Assembly (NCBI GenBank): GCA_050613775.1
Contig: JBODTK010000013.1
Span: 558,001-622,000, forward strand
Length of the DNA: 64,000 nucleotides
From: Neocallimastix sp. 'constans'
Lineage: Eukaryota
Direction of reading: 5' to 3'
In this document: one piece after another, positions 1 through 12,000 of the stretch
How the letters are laid out: every line of letters begins with the position of its first letter
How positions within the stretch are numbered: the stretch's first letter is position 1
Program-made: the position numbers and the translations under genes
Notes under the pieces: generated by a model
Databases searched by the model: none
Told to the model about the DNA's origin: nothing
What the model saw: the letters and a program-made list of their open reading frames with translations, nothing else

Positions 1-499
1 CATGTAAATAAATAGTGGTAGTATGGAATTAATTTCATCTAATATGGTAATTCAAGAAAAATCCAGTGGTGTATTTATTTCCTTCTTCATCTTCTTCTTC
101 CTTAAGCGTTTCATAGAGGCTTTCCAGTAAGACCTATGTATATCCATAGGTTTCAGAATTTTAGAATTTCAATTTTGAGATCATGAGATTTTGAAGTTTT
201 TGGCATGGCTTATGTTTGACTAAGTAAAGAGTTGTTGGATCGTGTCCGGCTGAGTAACACAAATCGGTAATTCACAAAATAATGTGAACATTATTTTGTT
301 TTCATGATTAGAGTCACTGAGACTCTTAATATATTAAGAGTCAGGAATTTATAGTTTATTATTATGTCAATTTTAATAAAATATTTTATGATAAAGAGTT
401 AACTTAATTTTTCTAAATTAAATGCTTTTATATTAATATATTGTGGCTTATACATTATTTATAATACAACATATTTCAATACATTAGAATATTCTAACA
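1..499 (-). mobile_element. 5' end of a degraded Ty1/copia-like LTR retrotransposon (LTR ~332-499, PBS 318-330, decayed gag start running off the left edge)
   Basis: On the minus strand the LTR begins TGTTAGAAT (499), contains TAAGCCACA..TATAAAA (~425-450) as in the other LTRs here, and is followed by the ATTAAGAGTCTCA motif that also precedes the copia gag at 4550. Downstream sequence (1-310) is higher-complexity with broken frames. Confidence 0.6.
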
Positions 500-1520
500 T
501 TTGTTCTATATATTTATTTATTTATTATTTATATTTATTTATTTATTAATTATTTATTTAATTTTTATTATTTATTCTATTCTATATATTTATTTATTTA
601 TTAATTATTTATTTAATGATTTATTATTTATTCTATATATTTATTTATTTATTATTTATTTATTAATTTATTAATTTATTATTTATTCTATATATTTATT
701 TATTAATTATATTTATTTATTATTTATATTTATTTATTTTTTATTTATATTTATTTATTTATTAATTATTTATTTAATGATTTATTATTGATTTTATATA
801 TATATTTATTTATTAATTATTTATTTAATGATTTATTATTTATTCTATATATTTATTTATTTATTATGTATATTTATTTATTTATTAATTATTTATATTT
901 ATTTATTTATTTATTATTTATATTTATTTATTTATTTATTTATTATTTATATTTATTTATTTATTTATTATTTATTCTATATATTTATTTATTTATTATT
1001 TATTTATTTATTTATTAATTTATTATTTATTCTATATATTTATTTATTAATTATATTTATTTATTATTTATATTTATTTATTTTTTATTTATATTTATTT
1101 ATTTATTAATTATTTATTTAATGATTTATTATTGATTTTATATATTTATTTATTTATTAATTATTTATTTAATGATTTATTATTGATTTTATATATTTAT
1201 TTATTTATTAATTATTTATTTAATGATTTATTATTTATTTATTTATTATTTATTATTTATTTATTTATTATTTATTTATTTATTTATTAATTATATTTAT
1301 TTATTTATTATTTATATTTATTTATTTATAATTTATATTTATTTATTTATTAATTATATTTATTTATTTATTTATTAATTATTTATTTAATGATTTATTA
1401 TTTATTCTATATATTTATTTATTTATTATTTATTTATTTATTATTTATTCTATATATTTATTTATTTATATTTATTTATTTATTAATTATTTATTTAATG
1501 ATTTATTATTAAATAAATAA
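500..1520. repeat. AT-rich compound satellite ((TTTA)n with recurring TTTATTAATTATTTATTTAATGATTTATT and TTATTCTATATA units)
   Basis: Directly visible; the ORFs 788-1109 are I/Y/L/F low-complexity artefacts. Confidence 0.9.
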
Positions 1521-1529
1521 TTATTAATT

Positions 1530-4500
1530 TCACCATTTTCAATTGTTGTTTTACTAGCTAAATTATCTGTTAAAATTTTAATTGTTTTTTTTTTTTTTTT
1601 TAATATTAAATAATTCAATAAGTATATTTCTGATCTAAAGTGCTTTCTTTATACATTCTCCTGTGGCAATATATTCAGCTTCAGTAGTCGAGGTTGCTAC
1701 CACAGATTGTTTTTTTTTTTTTCGACTGCCAACAAATTGGGTCTTTATTCATTAGAATGATATATCCAGAGGTAGATTTTCTATCAACTGGATCTCCGGC
1801 TAGTTCTGAATTTGTGTATTCTAAAATTTCCCCCCTTTCCTTTATATTCAATTTTATAATTTTTAGTGTAGTTTAAATATTTTAATATATTAATTACCTT
1901 TTTCCAATCATTCATTGTTGGATTTTCGGCCTTTCTTGCTGCTTTTCCGATTGCATATGAAATATCTGGTCTTGTAAACCTTGAAAAAGTAGATTAATGA
2001 TCCTACCGCACTTTTAAAAGTTGTTTTATCAAATGGTGTGTTGTCCTTCGTTAATCCATTTTCATCGGTACAAGGTGTTTTTGCTTTTCTAATATTTTTT
2101 ACTTTAAATTTCTGCAAAAATATCATTGATTAATTGTATTTGTGAAATGAAGTAATTATTATTTTTTCTTTTCCACATTAATTCCTAATAGATAATCTAC
2201 TTCGCTGTATTTTGAAACTTTAAAATTCTTTTTTAATAATATTTATTATATTTTTTTTTTTATTTGAGATTGTACTCCTGTTATGAGCATATCATCTACG
2301 TATATTCCAATTAATACAAATAGTCTTACCTCCGACCATTTTCTTGAAAATACATGCTTCAGAAGAGAGCTGAATGAAACTATTATTTTTAAAAAATCCT
2401 GAAAAATGAGTATACCATTAACGGCCAGATTGCTTAAAGACCGTATAGAGCTTTCTCTTTAGTAACCAGTAGCCATGACCAAAATTTTTATCTCCAGGGG
2501 GTATGAATACATAAATTTCTTCTTCTAAAGGCGCATTAAGATATGCAGCTTTAATATCAGGTTGCATGATATCCCACTTGAATTTTGCTGCTATAGAGTT
2601 GATTCATCAAATACAACTTCTCTAACATAGTGAATTTTTTTAAGATTTTTGTAGTGCATTACTATGTAGCAGTATGATTCTGTGTTGAATCCAAGAAAAA
2701 AAACACCTTGAATAGCATTGGTTTTGAATTTCATTTTATTCCTTAGAAAAGTCCTTGAAATAAGCTCTACCGCCAAATACCTTAATATATTTGAGATTTG
2801 ATGGTTGATTATAAAACACTTCTTCTGGAATTTTATTTCCGATACCTTGATGTGGAGCTTTGTTATATAATAGGTTGGCATATTTTAACAGCATAGTCCC
2901 TGCCCTTTGTATCGAGTTTGTTCCAATATAGCAATGTTTTAGCGCAGCTCACTAAAGTATTAATTAAAAACGTTTCGGATTTGCCTGTTATTTTGAGGGT
3001 TATAAGGTGGTGGTAAGTACAATTTCCTAATTCCATTTCTTCTACAAAATTGTTCCAACCTTTTTATTGATGTATTCCTTTCCTTAGTCAGTTTTGAAAT
3101 TTTTGATTTTATTTTCAAATTGGTTATATTTAAATAAGTAAAGAAATTTATTATTATCTTGGGGACTTCGGTTTTTATTTTCAATTAGAAAAATCCAACT
3201 TTTTTCTTGAAAAATTATCGATAAAAGGTAAGTAAGTATGTACTCTTTTTCCAGTGAAAGATTGTTGAATAGGTCCTATTAAGTCAAAATTGATTACTTC
3301 TAGTATGCTATTGGCTTTTGGGGTCTCTCCTTCGTAGGTACCATTTCCTTTGAATTTCGCAAAGAGAATGGTTAGCACATTTTAAAATAACTTTTTCTTT
3401 TTTTTTTTTGAAATTAGTTTAATATATCTTTATGACATGTCATGTGTTCGGATGCTCCTGTATCAAAAGTCCATGTAGTCTATCCATCAGAATTGGCTTC
3501 CATAATATTTATGGAGTTGTCATCATCATTATGGTTCATTTGATTTGATTCTCTGTCAGTATTGATAACTTAGTTATTTTGATTGGCTATCGTCGGTCCT
3601 TTCTAAGCTGTTTAATTCATTGTCGTACATGGCTTTTAACTCATCAAAGGTAAGTTCTTCTCCAGATTTTTTGTCCTTTTCGATGTTGGATACTTGTTTG
3701 TATTTTCTAAACCTTTTATTTTTATGTTTTGTATTTTGATCATTTTTATTGTTTTTAAATTGATTACTATTTCTTTTCTTGTTTAAAAGATTATAATTGC
3801 AATCTTTAGTGTCGTGATTGTCCATATTACAAATATGACAATATTTTCGGTTTTCATGATTATGGAGTTCTTGATGCGTAGAGGATCCTCTTCCTCTGGA
3901 ATCGCCATTAGTTTTATAAGCGAGATCAGTATCCATATAATCGTTGGTCTGAGAGTTCTGTTTAATATTACTATCTTTATATTTAGTATTATGTTTTAAG
4001 TACATTTGAAAATGAATGACATCATAGGCTTGTTGTATGGAGTTATCCACATTTTCGTTTCCTTTTGGTCGTAAGTGATATTTTAATTCGTTTTGGAAAG
4101 AAAGGTAGATAATTCTCAACTTTTACGTCCTTACAGTTAGATATATCTTTGGCCTTAAGAGTATAGAGTTTTTTCTATTAAGAGATGAATGTCGGCAGAT
4201 TCATTTCCTTTGTAAATTGCTTTTTAACTTTTCAATAATTTCAAAAGCGGCTCTTAATCCTTTAATGTGTTTAATAGCTTCATTAGTCACATTATTACAA
4301 ATAATTGTCTTGGTTAATGCATCATTAGAGATTGCTATCCTCAATTGGTTTGTGAATTGTTCAACAGCATCAACTTCTTCTACTGGTATAGTGGCCATTT
4401 GGGTTTCCAGTTTATGAATTATATTTTGTTCCACATAGTCACATAGTCAAAGACATTTTTGGCAGTTAAGAAATTTCCAATTTGGAAAAACCATTCTTCA

Positions 4501-4832
4501 TAATTAGTCTTGTTAAGTCGGTTTTCTGGTGAAAGTTGAAATTCAGACATTCTGGTTAAAATGAGACTCTTAATCTAAAAATTAATTAGATAAAACGTTT
4601 TATTATTAATTAAAGTTTATTTATTAATATATTTGTTTTGGTAATTACAATGCTAAAAAATGTATGAAAAGATTTTCTTTTTATACTAATTGTGGCTTAT
4701 TAGTAATACAATGAAATAATTTTAACAATGAATATGTAAATGTATTTCAAATACAAAGAGATAAATTATAATAAAGAAATAATATAATTTAATTTATTTA
4801 AAGTATATTTAATTAATTTGACACTAATAACA
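1530..4832 (-). mobile_element. Degraded Ty1/copia LTR retrotransposon (5' LTR 4577-4832, PBS 4562-4575, gag-PR-IN-RT-RNaseH, multiple frameshifts/deletions, no 3' LTR)
   Basis: Minus-strand translation: gag start MSEFQLSPENRLNKTNYEEW (ATG 4550); CCHC knuckle CHICNMDNHDTKDC; protease WTFDTGASEHMT (~3440-3475); integrase FDLIGP, PPYNPQNN, REVVFDE; RT DIKAAYLNAPLEEEIYV, ALYGLKQSGR, GIYVDDML (~2285-2310); RNase H RKSTSGY, VATSTTEAEYIA (~1665-1705). The PR-IN-RT-RH order is diagnostic of copia. Confidence 0.95.
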
Positions 4833-4849
4833 ATTTATATTCTATAAAT

Positions 4850-5170
4850 TTATTTATTTATTCTATTTATTTATTTATTATTTATTTATTATATTATTTA
4901 TTATATATATTTATTTATTATTTATTATTTATATTTATTTATTTATTAATTATTTATTTAATGATTTATTATTTATTATTATTTATTATTTATTATTTAT
5001 TATTTATTATTATTTATTATTTATTATTTATTATTTATTATTTATTATTTATTATTTATTATTTATTATTTATTATTTATTATTTATTATTTATTATTTA
5101 TTATTTATTATTTATTATTTATTATTTATTATTTATTATTTATTATTTATTATTTATAATTCATATATTT
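4850..5170. repeat. (TTATTTA)n heptamer microsatellite
   Basis: Directly visible tandem 7-mer; gives the spurious IIYYLLF ORF. Confidence 0.9.
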
Positions 5171-5686
5171 TTTTAATAATTAAATGTATACAATCCTATT
5201 AGATTACCAATAGAATTTATTAAATTTCAATTTAAATGTTGTTAAAATATGTTATTAAAAATTATAAAAATTTTAAAATAAATTAAATTTTTACAAAAAT
5301 TTTAAAAAAGTAATCAAATATACATATTTGATTATATGAAATGATAAGAGAAAAAAAGAAAATTAAATAATAATAAAAATTAAAAAAAAAAATAATAATA
5401 GAAATAAAAATAAAAAAATAATAGAAATTTAAAAAAAATAAATTAATAATAATAATAAAAAATAATAATAATAATAATAAAAATAAATAATAATAAAAAT
5501 AAATTAATAATAATAATAAAAAATTTAAAAAAAAAATAATAATAAAAATAAAAATAATTATATGATATTGAATAATTAATAAAATATATATTTTATCTTT
5601 TTCTTTTAAATTAAACTATTATTAAAAAAAGAGATAAAACGATGCTATTAACATGTTAATTTCATAAAAGGAAACAAAAATTAAAA

Positions 5687-5746
5687 TTAATTTACAAATT
5701 TAAATAAATATTATTCATTTAATATTTATTTAAATTTGTAAATTAA
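5687..5746. repeat. Perfect 27-bp inverted repeat (hairpin) with a 6-nt loop
   Basis: TTAATTTACAAATTTAAATAAATATTA-ttcatt-TAATATTTATTTAAATTTGTAAATTAA. Confidence 0.85.
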
Positions 5747-6167
5747 AATCTTTTCATTAAACAACGAAATTAATGTATAAAATATTATATATATAAAATA
5801 TTATATATATTATATTTTTTGATAATAATATATAAATTATTTAAAACTTTGGTTATGTGTTAAATGATATGTTCAATATTAAATATTTTTATTTTTTTTA
5901 ATTTTTTTTAATTTTTTTTTCTTATTATATAAAACTCCATATATACATTTACATTTATACATAATTTTTATTTCAATTAAATTTTTATATTTTTTAAAAA
6001 ATTGAAATTGAAATTTTTTTTTTACCTTTCTAATTTTTATTTATTTATTTATTTATTAATTATTTATTTATTAATTATTTATTAATTTATTTATTTATTT
6101 TTTTTTTAAAATTTAATTAAAAAAAAAATTTGTTTTATCATTATTAAAACTTAAAATACTTTAAAAG

Positions 6168-6393
6168 TGTTAGAAATAAAAATATAAAATTTTATAATTA
6201 TATTAATTTAAGGAGAAATAATATGAATATGTATTTTAATATATTCATGTAAAATATGTAATCAATAATAATAATAAGCCACATATTATGTTAACTATAA
6301 ATACCATAAAATGTACATTATTACATTCATATACTATTCTAATATTTTCATAGAACAAAGGAGATTCTTATTTCCAAAAGATTAAGAGTCTCA
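6168..6393 (+). mobile_element. Copia-family LTR (~212 bp) plus PBS
   Basis: Starts TGTTAGAAA, ends TTTCCAAAA (degenerate inverse), contains TAAGCCACA (6275) and TATAAA (6296), and is immediately followed by GATTAAGAGTCTCA (6380-6393). Confidence 0.7.
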
Positions 6394-8594
6394 GTCTTAC
6401 CAGATTGAGCAAAAGACATGAAAGTTAAGTATTCAATATAATAAAAATTAAATATAAAAATATATTATAACTATCTAACTTTAAATTATTTTATATTATT
6501 TTAAAATTATTTAATTTAATAAAACATTTTTATTTACTACCATTCTAATATTTTTCATATTTTTCATATAATAAAAGGTGATTCTTAATTTATAAAAAAA
6601 AAAAAAAAAAAAAAAAAAGAAATAAATAATTTTAAATTTTTATTTGTGATTTTTTTTTTTTTAATTAAATTTATTTTTGTTTATGTTGAGGATTAATTAA
6701 AAAAAAAATTAAAAAAAAAATTAAAAAAAAAAAAAAAAAAACAAGTTAACTTTTTAATTTAAAAAATAAAATAAAATAAAAAAATAAAATAAAATAAAAA
6801 TAAACTTTTTTTTAATTATTAATTATTTTTTTTTTTTTTTTTAATTTAGAAATGAAAAAATAAAAATTCTTTTTTTTATTTTAAAATTTTTTTTTTATTT
6901 AAAGATAACTTTTCACATTAAAAAAAAAAAAAGAAAAAAAGAATTTTTATTTTACAAAAGAAAAAAAAAAATTTTTATTAAATTAAAAAAAAAAAAAGAA
7001 AAAATAACAAAAACAAAAAAAAATAATTTTTAAAAACTAAACAAAATTTATAAATATTCAAAAATAATAATAAGGAACTTTTTTGTATTGATTTTCTTTT
7101 TTTTTTTTTTAACTTAATAAGAATTATATAATATTGAATAGAAAAAAAAAAAATTTTTTTGTATTTATTAATAAAAAATAATAATAATATATTTCAAACT
7201 ATAAAGAATATATAATCATTTATAACAAACAAATAAATATAAAATACTACAATAATAAAAAAAAAAGTAAAAAAAATTTCCAACAATTTCATTTTATAAC
7301 TAGAGAAAAAAAAATGGGTTGGAAATTTTATAGGTAGGTTATCATAAAAAGAAAAAAAAATTATTTTTTTTAAATTATTATTAAAATGAATGGATGAAAA
7401 AATAAAATTTAAAGAATTTTCAGATTTAATCCAATGGATAAAAAATTTAATTCAATGGATAAATATTTTATAATAAAATTAACAAAAAAAAATGGTGATA
7501 GAAACCCGTGAAAATATTTTAGCCATATAATCAATTTTTAATTATAATAAAAGAATAAATTTTATATTCTTAAAATTTTTAGAGCCACAAATTAAACATA
7601 ATTTTTATATTAATAAATTTGTAATGAATAATTTTTTTTTATCCAATAATTTTTTTTTAAAATTCAATAAATAAATAATTATATATTAAAAATGTATACA
7701 TTGCTTAATTTAATAAATATTTCTCTAAAAATATAAAATACAACTTCATCAAATAATAATATTTTTTCTAATGCTAAATATATTTATTCAATGAATATCT
7801 TTTTAAATACAAAAAAAAATTATTTCAATATATAAAATAATAATTTTTTTTTTAAATGCAAAAATTCTTTTTTTTTATATACAAACTAAACTTCCTTTCA
7901 ATAATAAAATTTATTAAATATAAAGTACATTTTAACTTTGTACAAACTAGTTTTTAAATTATATAACATTAATTTTATAATGTATAAACTTCCAATAAAC
8001 AATTTTTTAAATACAAAACGTATTTTTAATATAAAAAGATTTAAAAATTTAATTCTTTTAAAAAATAAAATAAAAATAAAATACATTTTAATAACAGATT
8101 TTATCCAATAAAATGTATTTTAATTATTATGAAATAATTTAAAATTCCATTTTTAAAAATATTTTAGAATTTAAAAAATGCGTTTGAAATAATCTACAAC
8201 ATTTTAAAAACACTAAAAATTTTAATAGAATTTGAAATAAAAAAAATATAATTAATATATTATTTTATATATTACATTCAAATAATTTTTATATCAGTTA
8301 TAGTATTCACCATAGATTACAGTATATTATATTTTATACAGATATATTGCTTTTATAGTAATATCAAATAGATCAATACGTTAATTTAAATTCATTACAT
8401 TAATGAAATATAATGGATTATATATATAATATATAGAATAATATATTTATATAGAATATAATATATAAATAAAAGAATGAAGTAATATATATCATATATT
8501 ATAGTATATATTATAATGTATTATATATCAATTATTGCTATATAAAATTTTTTATTCTTGAAAAAAAATTCAATTAGTGGTTATTATAGTTAAA

Positions 8595-8690
8595 ATAACA
8601 TGTGGCATGTGGTTTATTATTATTATTATTAGTTACATATTAAAATATATAGTATTACTCCTTAATTTAATATAATATAAAATAAATAGT
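8595..8690 (-). mobile_element. LTR fragment of the same family (inverted), just upstream of or inside the 5' end of scaffoldin A
   Basis: The reverse complement (tatattaaattaaggagtaata...taataataaaccacat) resembles 6200-6284 (tattaatttaaggagaaata...taataagccacat). Confidence 0.45.
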
Positions 8691-9059
8691 TTGAGGATAA
8701 ATATAACATAAATTTATGATAATAATATATAAGCCATATAATATTATTTATATTATAATATTTATTTAATTAATGAATATTATAATATAAATTTAAATAA
8801 GCTACAAAATTAGTCATATGATATTAGTATAGAATAATGGTTTTAAGAAATAATTGGATTTAATGAAAGAAAAAAATTATTTTTTTTTAATAGCAAATCA
8901 AAATTTATTATTATTATTATTATTATTTTATTAATATTATTAATATTATTATTAATTTTATTATTATTATTATTTTTAATTATTAATTATTTTTACTTCC
9001 TTTTTTTACTTTTCCTTTTTTATTTTTATTTATTTATATATATATTTTTTTTTATTTAG

Positions 9060-12000
9060 ACTTCTAGGATTACTCTTCATTGCTAATAGAATATCAGCTT
9101 CAGGTGTGACTCATAATAATAAATAGATATATAGATAGAAATATTAAAAATCTTTTTTTAAATAAAAAAAATATTATTAATAATTAATAAATTATTTGTT
9201 TAATTATATACATTTATTGAATATAAAAAAAAATAATTAATAATGATAATAATTACTTTTATCTATAGGTATACCGACATGTTCAGCTCCTGCTGCAGAT
9301 GCTACGAACCCAGCATGTACTACTGGTGATCCGGCTACAGATTTTACAGGATTATGTCTTATTGATGATGTATTATATGAAAGTACTAGTTCATCATGTG
9401 CTCCAAAATCCATAACAACCGCTGGCTATTATGTTTATAAATGTCCATCAACAGGAACATGTTTAGAATATGACTATTCCACCTTAGCAGCTGATGATAA
9501 ATTATACCTTTATAAATATACTGAATCTGGTACTAAGTTGACACTGGAGACCACCCTTACTCAATATTTAAATGAAGCAAGCGGTAAAGAGAAATTATTT
9601 AAATGTACTTCTGGGGAATGTACCCTTCTTGAAACAGAAGGATACTATAAAAATGAGGGATCCAATGTCGCCGCCACCACCCTCTTATTCAAGGTTGACA
9701 ATCAAAAGAAAGCCTCCGCTGTCACTCCTACTGAAGGCGATGTCTATTTAGATGGAAACACCTATGCTAGTAATTATAAGAATGTTTTGGAATGCAAAAC
9801 AACGGACGGTACACTAGGTTGTGATGTCGTGGCTTTGGCGGATGCCGTTTACTTGAATGCTGCGGTCTCCACAGGGCTTAACAACGCCATTATTGTTTGT
9901 AGTTCTACAGATAGTAAATGTGAAGCTAAAACGGCGGTCGCGGGTTACTATACTAACAGCGGTAGTGACAAGGACACCAAACAACTCATATTATGTGATA
10001 GTAAATGTGAAAAAAAGGAAATTACTGCTGCGGGTGTCTACTTGGATGCCAGTACTCAAGATGCCACTGATGCTTCAAAGTTTACAAAATTAATTAAATG
10101 TGCTGGTAGTGGTAGCATTTCATGTACTTCTGATGGTATTACCAGTGAGAATGGTAAAATCTACCTTAATTCCGCGGCCTCCGGTTTAACGAAGGCCATG
10201 ATTATTTGTGATAGCGATAGCTGTGACGCCACCGATGCCGTAGCCAATGATTACTTTTTAATTGATGGTGATGCCAATACTAAAAAATTAATTAAATGTG
10301 ATAGTACAAAATGTGAAAAAGATGAGACTTCCACAGGTGTCTTTTTAGATGCTGGTACAAAAGCAACTACTCAAGACGTCACTACCTACACCAAAGTCAT
10401 TGCTAAAGACTCCAACAATGCATGGACGTCAAGTACCCCAGCTGCTGGTTCAGTCTATATCAATGGAGCTGTCGCTTCCAGCTTAACGAATGCTCTCATC
10501 AAGTGTGATGGCACCAAATGTAAGGCTGAAACCGCTACCAATGACACTACCTATTTGAATGCTGCCGTCCCAAGTGCTGCTGCAGATGGTCTTATTTCTT
10601 GTACAAATGATAGTTGTGCCAAGGCTACTTGTGCCGAAAATAAAACTTATGTCAATTCGGGTGCTTCCAGTATAGATAATGCTCTTATTACCTATGATTC
10701 TACTGGTCCGAAATGTAAAGCATCCAAAGGAGAAGTGGGTTACTATTTAAATTCGGGAACTGATGCTACTTCCACTACTGCCCCAAAGCCATTAATTTTA
10801 TGTACTACGACAGTCTGTGAAACTAAACCATATTCTATCACTGGATATTTCATTGATCAAGGAAGTAAGGATGCATCTAGTAAATTTGCCAAATTAATTG
10901 AATGTAAGGACGATAGAACATGTGCTAATCCAACTGGCACTTTAGCTACTGGTTATTATGTTGATGCTAGTAAACTCATTACAACGACCACTAAAACAAG
11001 AGCTGACGCCACGCCACCTTCCTATTCTGGATTAATTTTATGTGAATCAACGACAAGTTGTGCTCCTGCCACAGAAGTCACCGAAGGTTTCTATATTAAT
11101 GCTGTTCCTGACACCGATAAATTAAAGAATGCCATCATTAAATGTACCGGTACGACTACTGTTTCTTGTTCCATTCTACCTCAAGCTGCTGAAAATGCCA
11201 TCTATATCAATAATGCCACCGATAAAAAGTTAATTCAATGTACTAGTACTGGTTGTACTGGTGTTGATCCTTCCACCACTACAACTCCAGCTTATTATGT
11301 TAATGCCGCCGTAAGTACAGATAACGACTATAAAAATTTGTTAATTAAATGTACCTCAGCTGCTTGTGAAACGGCTGATGCAAGTGAAAATGATGTCTAC
11401 GTTAATGCTAATTTTGTTTCTAGCGGTACCGGTGATACTGCTAACCATTTAATCATATGTAGTAACAAAAAATGTGAAGCAAAACCAAGCGCTGGATCAA
11501 CATCAGCAATTGAATATTATGTTAATGCAGCTGGAACTCAAAAATTGACGGATACATTGATTGTATGTAATGGCTCTTGTACACCTACAGCTCAAACGAT
11601 TACAACTCCCGTCACTGAATTAATCTTCATTAATAAAAATTATGGAACTGATACTGTGAACTATCTTATTAAATGTACTGATGCTGCTGGATGTGTTCCC
11701 TTTGGAAAGACAGGACAAGCTGCCGGTGATGTTGAATACTATGTGAATGGTGCTGGAACTGGAATAAACAACACTTTAATTAAAGTCACTTTTGCAGCTC
11801 CAACAGCAAGAAGACGTGGTAATGGTGCTGCTGCTTTAGTTGCTACATCTGAAGTTGTTACTACTGGAGTTGCTGCTAATGACATCTATATTAATGCCTC
11901 TACTGGATTATTAATTCAATGTAGTAGTAAATGTGAAGCGTATGCAGGAATTGGAGCTGTTGATGTGCCAGCCTTCTACAGAAATGCTGCCGTTGCCGCT

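Noticed and set aside
788..1109. I/Y/L/F-rich ORFs here and at 4961, 20644-21461, 25559-28305, 31385-31961, 38518-38867 and 56678-61385
   Set aside because: Translations of microsatellite or low-complexity DNA with alternative starts; no coding signal.
4555..4580. tRNA-Lys gene
   Set aside because: Only the anticodon-arm sequence is present, with no D arm, T arm or acceptor stem; interpreted as a retrotransposon PBS.
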